Of a stretch of 64,000 bases of DNA, positions 1-11,300 are shown piece by piece. Numbering within the stretch: position 1 is the first letter of the stretch; each line of letters begins with the position of its first letter. The translations under genes were made by a program, and so were the position numbers. This DNA comes from Tubiluchus corallicola (taxonomy: Eukaryota > Animalia > Priapulida). The stretch is from positions 434,001-498,000 of the forward strand of contig JAQGDQ010000142.1 of the NCBI GenBank assembly GCA_030141605.1, written 5' to 3'. A model generated the notes under the pieces. It was not told the DNA's origin, ran no database searches, and worked only from the letters and a program-made list of their open reading frames with translations.

Positions 1-3000
1 GCAGACGCGTGGATTCAGTGGATTTCTTTGCTTATATTGCTGGGTGAGTTATCTCTTATATTAATATTCTTGGTATGGGCTTAATATATTTATTTATTTA
101 TATATATATAAGATTCGAGGCTACAGCTTCGACGAGGGCACCATTTGCGGCGATCTATACATCAAACGAAAGGTCTCGATCTAGTGTCGTGCCATTGATG
201 GTTTATTTTTTGAATTGGGCTCACCGGAAGGAAGGGGGGACGAAAAACCTCCAAAAATGGCCCTTTTTCGGCCGTTTTTTGCAAAAGTTATACGGCTGAG
301 ATGTAGAGAACGGGAACGGGCCGAGGGGGGTACTGGGTATGGATAGATAGCCCGTTCAGCGGTGGGTGTAGTATTTGTAATTAATGTACTGTAGGATTTT
401 GCAAGAAAACTGTCTGTTATTATGTCTGGTTTGCAAGATCATAAGTCTAAACTGTATTTACAGTCTAACGTGGTGCTTTCACACACTGATTGCTTTTTCC
501 CAAGCAATTTTAGCTACTTTTTCCGGTGCTACTACATGCTTAGCAAATCTCGCACAAGAAGCTCTATAATTCTTGCAAAAGAGAAACTGGGCTACAATAT
601 GCTTTGTCTGTCTTTTAAAAAGATGCTTATTAAACTGAATGTAGGCTGTCCAAAATCTGTTTTGGCGATTTCTTGCTAACTGCGTATAATTTGTGTAGCC
701 AGTTCTGTGAGATTACTGTTATTAGCTTGTAGATCGCAAGTTAAAGCAGTCGTTACTATGTAAAGTGCTTGCACATTATTGATTAAAACAGCAATTTCAA
801 TTTAATTATGTTTACATTTTTGATAAGCTACAGTAAGTTTTTGCTCAAAGACTCTCCATTTAGCGACGTTGAACATTTGACACGTTTTTCTCACTTAATG
901 AAGCATTTTTTACTTTAACGATGATTTTGTACTTTGCTCTCAGCCATTTTTTATTTTATCACCAAATTTTTTAGCTAATTTGAAGCATTAAAATGGTACA
1001 TATTGCATTATTCTGTTCTAAAACTACACCTAAACCCAACAGTACGATTATTATAATGTTTTTGCTTCCCGACTGACTACGAACTGTGTAAAGCGACATA
1101 TGTTTGCTGATTTATATGCCTCCAGACATCTGAGTTTAAACTTTATGCTAAGGAATTTTGTCTGCAACCTGTTGCAACAACAACTATATGAAATTGTCTT
1201 AAGGTCGTTCTGTGCAGGGCTTGGCTTTCACTATGCAGTGTTTAACTGCTAACTGGCTATATATAGGCTTCAACGTTAAGAAAAGAGATATCTAGCTAGA
1301 TATTGGTAAGAAAGAGAGATGGTTTCAAGTAAACAGAAAGAAATTAATCAGTAGAAATATGGATAAAACTCATAAAACGTTTAATTTATATGATTTATCA
1401 GCATTGATTTTTGCCTCTGGAACGAATCTCAATTCTTTTAGATTACTTTTTATAGAAGCCTTGGTTTCGTGTAACGATGTTTCGCTTAGCATCGCATTTT
1501 GCTGGAACGCATTAGCGTTGTTAAACAAGGACTTGCTGTATGATGATTTTATTACTAATACGCTATTTATTATTTGATTCATTCATTATTTCATGTTAAA
1601 TTGTTAAAGTAAAACAGGATGATTTTCATATCTTACCGAATATTGAAATACGGTAAAAGTGTACAATTTAAGACCTATAATAATGCCAAAGTGTTTTTGG
1701 TAATTAAATAATTGGTTAAAGACTTAATTAACGGCGGCTGAGCTCAATTACTGGTGACATCACAACTGAACATAATTTTCAACAGCACAAACATTCCACA
1801 AGCGTGTTGCACATGTTTGCGAAAGCAAAAATGGAAGTACGGTGCTACTGTATAACATTTAGTGTAATATAGAAAAACTCGGCAAATTTTAAGATAAAAA
1901 TTACAAGTTTACCACTGTGCTCATGCATGAGCTCTCGAACGTATGCACGACATCACAACTGAATACCTCTTGTGCAACGCGTTTCCGAGATGCTGGCGCT
2001 AGTGTCTTCTGTGTAGAGAATGGCAAAATGCATGTAACAGCGAATAACTAGCCACGCGAATGTGAAATTATCATTCCATAGTAATAACTCCTTAACATAA
2101 GTCATTCTTAAAAAAGTAGTATGTTTCCAAAAAGTAGTATGTTTCCGTTCAGTATTTTGTAGAGCAAATTGTTTTGAGTTATGAGCTACGATTGGGTCCA
2201 GTTTTCCCTTAAATTTAGCTACAATTATGCTGAAATTTGAGTTATCTGAATAATCAGAAAGCACCATTTAATATTATATTGTAGCTTAATCCTTTACTTT
2301 GACTTGGTTTGATTTAAACCTCCTGTGACAAACCAAGTTTTTACAAATCACTACAAGTTATTTTCTGGTGCAGGGATGTTACCCAAAGGAAAATTTCATT
2401 TCGGTTTGCCGAATTATTACACTTTTGGTCCAGTTTCGTTTTCAGTTTACAGGCACAATCGACCGATAAATCAAAACATAATTTGAATAAAATCTGAATA
2501 ATTTGTGAAATATAGGCAGCAAAATATTTATAAAATAACGTCAGTTTTTTTGAAACTTCATGATCTTTAACCATAAACATTGTTCTATTTTTGGTTAGGA
2601 TTTTTTGCCTAGGTACATTAATCAAGCTTGTATCAGAGCAAATGTAAGCAAACAAGCAAAAACAAAGTACAAGTATTTTATTTATTTCAGAATTTTTCTG
2701 TTTTGATAGTAGTTGGTTTTGAAATATGATTTCGGTTCGGTTTCGTTTCGGAATCAGTCTCCTATGAAATTTCGGTTTTTTTGGTTGGCAGTTTCAGTTT
2801 CGGTAACATTCCTGCTCTAGTGGTCCATCTCTTCTTCACATGTCAGCCCTTCACTGATGGAAAGATCCAAATTTACCTATTGGGTGACTAATGAAATGTG
2901 TATTTTGCATTTGCTGACTTTTTAGGGAGACTTCGTGTTCGCTAGCCAAGAAATTTGTGTGCTATGTCTTTGAAGCTTCTTGTGATGAAGAGGTAGGCGT

Positions 3001-3341
3001 TTGTTTCCTAAATAATCAATAAATAACTGATAAATAATTAAAAAAAATAATGTATTTAGATAATTATTGCTTCCTTACTTGGTGCTGTAAATCGTATATA
3101 AGGCAGTCGTAGTATAAAACTGACATAAAGTTTACTAAAACCAACATGTAAAGAAACTTTAGGAATCTTAAATTCAACTAAAACTAGAATACATTTCACT
3201 TTTATTAACCTTCTCAATGCTAAATGGTGGCTGCAAGATAGGAAATCAACTAAAAATTCACAAGTTTTTTTTCTTTTCCAGTCGAAGACGATTCTGTGTG
3301 CCATAGCACAGGGATTTGGACGAACCCATTGGTTCGTATAA
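1..3341 (+). CDS. 3' end of a PTB/PID-domain protein gene (3 exons in window, 5' part outside)
   Basis: Exons 1-43 (GG|gtgagt), 2926-2992 (tttttag|, GAG|gtaggc) and 3282-3341 (ttttccag|, TAA) join in frame to RRVDSVDFFAYIAGETSCSLAKKFVCYVFEASCDEESKTILCAIAQGFGRTHWFV*. The pattern FAYIA..CYVFEA..IL.AIAQGF fits the last strands and helix of a PTB fold. Missed by the ORF track. Confidence 0.8.
52..371 (+). mobile_element. Non-autonomous Helitron-like element
   Basis: Starts a|TC and ends with a GC-rich hairpin-like stretch followed by GTAG|t. The segment ggtatgggcttaata...ggcgatctatacatcaaacgaaaggtctcgatct recurs at about 38520-38616. Confidence 0.4.
831..1538. mobile_element. Tc1/mariner (Tigger/pogo-like) MITE, copy 1
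   Basis: TA|CAGTAAG...CTTGCTG|TA termini. Reverse-complement homologous to 59902-60449 and 61714-62432. Confidence 0.7.
1604..2212. mobile_element. About 610-bp TTAA-flanked MITE (Kolobok/T2-like), copy 1 of 5
   Basis: TTAA-AGTAAAACAGGA...TCCAGTTTTCCC-TTAA. Internal homology with 32049-32658, 42932-43531, 47799-48429 and 56127-56737. Confidence 0.75.
2371..2814. mobile_element. hAT-like MITE
   Basis: TIR CAGGGATGTTACC / GGTAACATTCCTG. The 8-bp flanks ttctggtg / ctctagtg match 6/8, like a TSD. Internal ttcggt subterminal repeats. Confidence 0.6.
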
Positions 3342-5361
3342 TAATCAGCTTTGCAAAGATGTGAATGAAGGAAGTCTATGCTAACTGAATTTATGCAGCT
3401 GGCAAAAATAATATTGTGATTGTAGAAGACATAGTGCTGCAAAATGGTTGTAACTTCAGCTGGATCTCTGGATTTTTGTCATATCATCTGCTTTCTCAAT
3501 CAAAGATGTTCGTGTTTGACTGTCGTGCATACGTCATAATTATGCATAATTGTTCACTGTAGAACTCTGTATAACTGCTTGGTATGCAGTTCATTTTTAA
3601 ATATCTATATGCAAGTTAATTAGAGGAGAGAAACGCATTGAGTACTTGCTGTTCAGAAACGTCTAGTCCCCAAGAGTTTTATAATCATTATGGCTGCCCA
3701 GTTGCAATGTTGCTTCGAGTGCTGCGTGTTATAGAATTAGGTGTGTTTAGATTCATTGTCTTAAGGATGCTTATAGTTTCTATTCTCTTACGTTCCACTG
3801 CTAAGACTTGAAGGAAAATAATTGTAAGAAGTTTGACTGAGAGAAGAATTACGTTGTGTATACATAGCTCTTGCTGCATAAGTAGTATAATTTTGTCATG
3901 CCTGTGTTATATTTGAAATGTGTAAGCAGTATTATTTCTTTGTATCTACATTCATATCTCTGTATTAGTTTTGAGCTTGAAAGAAAGAACTAGTCACTGA
4001 GTATATTGGATTTATTTTACTGTTATCACTTAAATTTAGAAAAATATAACACAGAAATTTGCAAAAAACTCTAGAAAGCATAAATCTAAAATATACTACC
4101 TCTGAAAAGAAATTTTCAGGCATGGTGGTTGCGCCATTCGTTTGAAAATCGTGACTTTTCGTAAACACGTCGTGGTTTTCCGTAAGCGCGCTACTTAAAC
4201 TAATTCAAACTTCTGAAACTTACCTAATGTTCAAGGGAAAATGTTACAAAATCAGTTATCTATTTTTTTAAAGCTTATGATACTTTTGACGAAGATTGAC
4301 AGTGCGCTACTTTTCTTCAAGACGAATGACGTCATTGGAAGTAGAATGGGCATTGAAATCCCGACTTTAAAGTTTTTTCATGCTTTTTTCCTTCTAAGTT
4401 TTTTTGTGAATGCTGAAATAAACCTGACTTCCCAGAAGGCTGGTCTTTACTTTAAGCTCTGCAGAGGTGGTCAGAAAGCACATACTCCACTAGTGCAGAT
4501 CTTTTTCACATCGAAAGCATTTTATGGCAGTGAATTCCATTTGCTCGTTTTGTGGCATTTGAGGCATTTTCTTGTTCCGTTTGAGCTTGTATATAATTTC
4601 TTTCCCATTAAATATTCACATGATGGTAGTGTGATTAAAGGTTGTGAAAATGTTCCGGTTTGTTTCTAGCCAGAGAACCAACTTCATGAAATTCGTCTGT
4701 TGTTCTGCATCAGCTCTTCTTCACGGTAATGTCTGTACAGATTTTGTCATGTGCATATGTGTAAATCACCATTTGATCACCTTGCATCATGGATTTCGTA
4801 TTTTGCTCCAGTTTATAAGGTTAAATTGATATTACTTTAAAATGAGTGCAATGACTGTATGAGGTTTGATTAACAACTTAAACATTATGCAAGTTATCTT
4901 AGATATTTTGCTTCTGAAAGTTTAGGAAAGTGACATCTAATTTCGTTTACTTTGAGCTTGTCTTGTACTTTATTTCGTTGGTCGTTGTTAAGAATGACTT
5001 CCTGTAGTTACAGAGTGAGTGTTTTCACATCTCAGAGACCAGTTCATTTCTGTGCTAAGTGAAACCTCTCAGTGTTGATGGGTCTTCTCAAGCTCTTTGG
5101 AAAAAGAGTTAGGGTTGCTAGTGTTTGAGCATTCAGATAAATTAGTTATCACCATATTATGCTGATTGGGACGACAGAACCTCGTAGTGCTAGATAATTG
5201 TTGCAGTAATTTTAATTTAACTTTATGAACATTGAGGTCGTTCAAGGGCTGAATACTGTAATAAAATTAAAATATGTAAAGTGACACTTTTAACACTCAT
5301 TCTTTAACATAAATTATTTGTTGTTATTTTTTATTAGTAGTTTTTAGTTGCTTTGACTAAA

Positions 5362-5485
5362 GTTTACAATTCCCCACACACAAGAAATTAGTTCCAGAAA
5401 CGGATTAGTATTAGGGTTTGGATTAGAATTAGGGTTAGGATTAGGACTAGGGTTAGGGTATTTAATTTGTGTGGGGAATTGGAAA
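5362..5485. repeat. Degenerate TTAGGG-like tract enclosed by an inverted repeat
   Basis: tttacaattccccacaca ... tgtgtggggaattggaaa flank ttagggtttggattagaattagggttaggattaggactagggttaggg. Confidence 0.55.
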
Positions 5486-6224
5486 CTCCTTCCATTGCTT
5501 TTACTGAGTAAGACACAGATCTGTATATTTTGTAGCTTTAGGAACGTGGGTTTTTTATTCCACGTTTCTGCATTCAAACTTCTACTAGTCAGTTCATTTT
5601 TTGTAAATTACCATCGTTGTTGCCCATGGTGGTAGTTATCTAGTCATACCTATGAAATGTTATTGGTGCCGTATGACTCAAACAGTGCTTGGCTTTCTCC
5701 TGTTTGTTACTTAAGGTCTATTCACATAGCAAACAAACCGTTTTGAAACTGTTTTGAAAACGATTTGCGGGTTCACACAGTAATCCAAAGCTTTTTCAAT
5801 ATTTTTCCATAAAAACATTTTGAAACCTACCTTGGAGGTTTCAAACAGTTTTGCAGGAAAAGCCTTGATGCCCATGACTGTGTGATTCGGTGTGAACACT
5901 CAAAGTTATTAATGCACTAATTATATTTCAATGGAATTGGTTTGAATTCATTTGTTTAAGCAGTTTTTTGACATTTTAATATAGTGAAGCAACTACATAT
6001 TCCAACAATTTCAAAATTTTTTATGTCTTTATGTCCATATTATTATAAAAATAATTAGAGTTTAGCTGGCATACTTCTCTGCAAATAGCTTTTAGGTTAA
6101 CAAAGGTTAAAGTTTATTATGCATAGTCAGCCTCAACAATTAGTAGGTCTCATCTGTGAAAAGCTAGAATTAAATAACCTAAAGGTTCATGTTAAACACT
6201 GATTAATCTTACAAAATTTTAAGT

Positions 6225-6300
6225 GGTTTAAGAAAGACTTAGCAGTAGAGTATGCGAGTTCTTATTGCTAGGTTATGGGTTCAAATCCTGACTGGCTAAA
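6225..6300 (+). mobile_element. tRNA-derived SINE head (degenerate)
   Basis: B-box-like GGTTCAAATCC preceded by an A-box-like acttagcagtaga. It does not fold as an intact tRNA. Confidence 0.35.
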
Positions 6301-8342
6301 AAGATTTCGGCATTTATTCTTTATCGCTATCTAGCCCATTAAGCTAATTATGGTTTAACATAAATCGAGTGGATTTATTGGTTCTGCTTTTTCTCGAGAC
6401 CCTCGAGTACTGCGAACTTTTGAGGGACCATGACGGTGATTTGAGGACTAGGAGTAGAACTTTACTAGTGCCATACTGTTCATGTTGCTTGAGTTTAACT
6501 TACACTTGGAATGTGATCTGTCTTCATGCGTTTATGCAAATCTTTCTAACCGAGATGATTTTTGCTATCGAGGTGTCAAAAGTAAGATTTGTAAAAGAAT
6601 CTCTACTATATCTCAAAAACGGTTTATTTTGTATTCTTCAAATGCTAAACAACATTGAAATTTTTGTGTAAGTATATAATTATATATTAGCATTAATTTT
6701 AATATATTCATTTTAAAGGTGCTTATCAAAGACCAAAGACATTGTTAAGCGAGATATCGGTCACATAAGCGCACTTGAATGCTGTGTAGCTATTCGCTTT
6801 TAATTCATGGCAGTTTGCTTTTCATAGTTAGTGTGCCCACTGTAGCTAAGGACTTAGTGAATTATGAAAAATAGATAACGTGTTAGTATTTAAAATAAAT
6901 TAAGCAGTTGGATTGTTTAGAATTTTGACCATTTAATATTCAAGATAAACTAAATATCTGCTCTTACTTTTATGATTTGCTATTTCTGTCATTGTCAACT
7001 TTAGCGGCTAAGTTTAGAAATTGTAATTCTCTCACATGTGTGCTATAAATTAAAATACTTTATTCAATTTTCATGCTAGATGAATTAATCACGAATTTTG
7101 GTGTAATTTCTATAGTGTAATTACTGTTGCATATACATATGTAACTTATATACTTGTGAGATTTGAACTGCTTGCTTAATTTGCTTATGCCATTAATCAT
7201 GTTTTATTGAATTGTTGAACTAAAATATCATTTTACTATATTTGCTGTCCCGTTAAATGCCTTCAATTACCTGGATGTAATTTAGTCCATTGATTCTCTG
7301 TAAAATGGACCTGCTGAGTTTAATATTAGCATTTTTAACAATATATTTCAGTTCACACTTTGTTGACTTTGTATTTCTCATGCAAACCCGCATATTGCCT
7401 AACAGATGATACAGTTTTCCCCAGGCCCTGCTCTTAACGTATACATATCTTCTGGTACATAAATGTGAAAAGATGAGCCTTTACTAGCAGGCGCCTATGA
7501 ACAACATATTTAAGGAGATAATACAGTTAAGAAGATCTGCTTCGGAAGGCATGTTACCTTGCTTTGGTATTGTCAATAAAGCTATTATTCTAGATTACAT
7601 TATTTGTTTTAGTCATTTCATATGTCAGTATTAGTAAGAATTTGTGCATATTTTGCTTTTTTATTTTTAAAATTAAACATTACGTGGCTGCTATTATTGC
7701 CATGTAGTAGGAAAATCGGGGTGCAAAATAGTTCCTTTTCCACTATTTGTTAGCACCCAGATATGGGATTTTTTCCTATTGATACTTTTCGTTAGCCGGA
7801 TGCACTTGAATATTAATTATTTTGAAATAGTTATTAATACGGTATGTTAATTATTAACAGAAATGAAGTTTTTTTGGTGTACTATGTTAACTGTTAATTG
7901 GTGGCTTGTGGAACTTTTGTTTTAACTGTTAATCAACTGTGACTGCAAATCTCTTTGTGAATCTCGATGTAGTTCTGATATTGTTGCGTTCTTCTAATTA
8001 GTATCAATGCCATTTGATTAATTCTAATTCTGTGTTTTGGCTAGTGCTTCCAAAGTTCTTGTGCAGAAATCTCAGCTGTAGCAATTGCATCGTTTGTATA
8101 AAGCTGTAATTTTTGTGCGTTGTGATCTTTTTCCGTCGCTGTTTGTTAAATTATTTTACATTGTATTATGTGTATGTCATTATTAAGTATGTCGTTGTTA
8201 TTATCGATATAAGAGGACATAATAAACATCTTTATCTTATAAATCTTATCTAATTTCTCAAGGTGAATGTTTGTTTTATACATGGTGCGTGTGTTTTATT
8301 AACAATAACTTTACAGGATAAACAGTTCCTCTGTTCCAGATC

Positions 8343-11300
8343 TCAAGACTTCCCTAGGTCTGAATTGGTTGGTTTTTCCCGGCATTCGTCTACGGAACTT
8401 GTGGATGGGTCCTGTCGCACACGTTTAACTTTTCTTGGTTCTAATTTTGTCTGTCTCATTGTTCCCTTGATCAGATGCCTGATGAACGCTGGTCGTTCTT
8501 GTTGGATTCGCCTTCGTGCTTCTAGCGTGATTTTCCGCACCTCATAGCTCAACAGCCGCTTCCGCTCCACCGGATCCAGCATCTGTCGCCTCTTGGCACT
8601 TGCTGCTATTGCTGACCTGCCACCAAAGGTCTCGCGGAGTCCCTGAAATGCAAAGGTTGTGCAAAAATAACACAATGTAATGCAACAAACTGTGGATTTC
8701 ATGGGTGGATGAAGCAGCTGACCCCAGAGACAAAATTTAAATCACCAACGGATATATCAGGCTAGTTGGAATTAGTGTGTGTTGAGTTAATAGATCAATA
8801 ACACTAGTATTCACATTTCAACACACACTAATTCCAACTTTACCTATTGTGTATGCACTACTGTGCAAATATAGAAAAATTGTCATTTTCAAACAAGTTA
8901 AGTAACAGTGAAAGAACCATTATGTATAGGGGTTTGACGCATTGCTGTTCTGTTACTGCTTATAGGACAAGAAAACGTTTTACTAACATAATGCTAAAAA
9001 ATTTGTCTTGAAATTTTGCATCACTTACATGCTGTCTTATTGCATACAGAGCTTGCGTTAAGAGTAATACTGTATAAAACTTGTAAATTTAAACTCTTGC
9101 AGTGACTATTAGGTGCAGTCATTTTTCATTTTAACAGTAGGTCATTTGAAACGAGTCTACGTAACAATGCTTAAAGCTTGAAAAAATAATCACAGCATTC
9201 GTGACACACATTTCACTAATTAAGGAAAAGTATAATTACTTTATCTTGTCAATAGTATTAATAATGTGTTTTTTATGAGTTGGTGCTTCCTGAGAAGGTG
9301 AGTCATTTTACCAGTTGGTGCCGACATTCTAAATAACTAAGAATTTTCTAGTTACACAAGTCTTTCAAGCAGGTAAGCATAATGCCAAGTCAATGAAGTA
9401 ATGTAACTTTGTTTGGAAAGTTTTTGTGATGCACTTTAAAATTGTCTTCTCTTCCTAATTTCATTTGCTGCTAACTTTCTTCCACGATGGCATTATAGTT
9501 TAAAAGAATTTAGGAAGAACTTACTTTCAGCTCGTTTTCAATCTCAATCGCAGCTTGATCGAGCAGGTAGTTCCAGGTATTCTGCTGCAATAAATTCACC
9601 ATAGATGATGAGCAGGACTTTGGTCTTATTTTAGAGGCAACACTTGACGTTTCTCGAACAGATACTTCCGAGCCGGAGTGGCTGCTTGCAAGCAAAACTG
9701 CAAAATCATTTTTTGATTATATAAGCAGAAAATGGGTCTTAAATTAGCCACTTTATCATATTTCGTTATCTAAGTAAGATGACCAATTTTATATATTTTG
9801 TGTTCAGTGCAGCTTTCAGATACAGATAACAGAAATAAAAATAACTGCCAGCACCCACTTAAGCAAAGAAGTGGCTTTTATTTAGACACAGCTTCTGCAA
9901 CGTTTCGACACGGTTAAGGTCATGTTCATGCAACAATTCACCTAAATGAAAATACGGTGTAAAAATGTACAAAAGTCAACATTGTGACAGACAAACATGA
10001 CAAATACTAAAAAGTAAATGTACATATCACGTGCTACAAAACCAAATGACAGAAAAATAAAGTTATGTTATTCCAGCACAATTCATTCTCTAACTAATGC
10101 CTGACACAATGTTGATCTTTGTACATTTTTTCCACTGTATTTTTATTTACGTGGATTGTTGCATGAACATGACCTTAACCGTGTTGAAACGTTGCAGACG
10201 TTTGTGTCTGAATAAAAACCATGTGTTTGCTTAAGTAGATGCTGGCTGTAATTTTTATTTTAAGAGTTCGTTTTCCTCATCATCAATCAGATAATAGATT
10301 TTCAACTTGCGGTAGCTTTTGCTGCAATCTTACCGCAATAAAAGCGAAAATTGCTCCTGTAAAGGTCAGTCTAATGCTTAATACTATAATGACATTAATA
10401 ACTGTCATTCTGACAAAGCGCCAAAATTATTTGCTTGAAATTCCACAAATGTGAGGCAACATTTTCTGTCCTCAAATATTGTTTGACACTAGGGAAGACA
10501 TTATGAATTACCATTAATCTGGGAAGTAATTTTGTTCAAAGCTGGTCCGGTGATTCCATACAAGCGAGACTTGGAGCTGATGCCATCAGAAGCCTTCAAA
10601 CACAAATCTATGACTCTGTTCTTCGCACTGCTGTAGAAAACAACGTGAATATTAAAACGTCATGCAAGTCTGCTGATGTGGAACACACAATATCCTATTC
10701 CAAACTTGCGTTTTGAGCCGTGCTTTAAATAGGTACCATGTCTTCCAAGTTAAAAGGTAGGACTGTTAATGGGATTGTTAATAGGTATGATGAATAAGAT
10801 GAATGATCATCATGAATATTTGCAGGAGACTCTGCAGTCTGAAGAATGCTTTATGTGTAAGAATCAAATATTTGCTTGATTACTATTACTGTCAGCTCTT
10901 ACTTTAAAACTGGCAGGCCTATAGTTTAATCTGTTTTATTTGGGAAGTCTCTGAAATCAAATGTGTTAATTGCTGTTCAGCAGACTTATTGCAGCACGAT
11001 TGCTATTTGTGCTAAGAATTTGCTGTAGGCAAGATTGCTATGCATGCAGAAAACTTATCATAGCAAGATCATTATTTGTGCTAGGAATTTGCCGTAGCAA
11101 GATTTCTTTTGTCGATTACAACTATCTCTAGGTGTCAGTAGGTATAAGTGTGTGGTCATTGTCAAGACTATTGTCCCCATTCGGATAGGTAAACTAATCA
11201 TCTTCATGTTCATAATCACCGTTTGCAGCTCATAAACTCTATTTCTCCACTTTCAAGTTCTTTGGCACAATCGAGCATCTCTTTTTTGTTTCTTTTGACA

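Noticed and set aside
4241-4669. 142-aa plus-strand ORF
   Set aside because: No recognisable motif or splice context. It lies downstream of the PTB gene stop in repeat-like sequence.
6225-6300. tRNA gene
   Set aside because: Only a B-box is intact and there is no cloverleaf. Treated as a SINE head.
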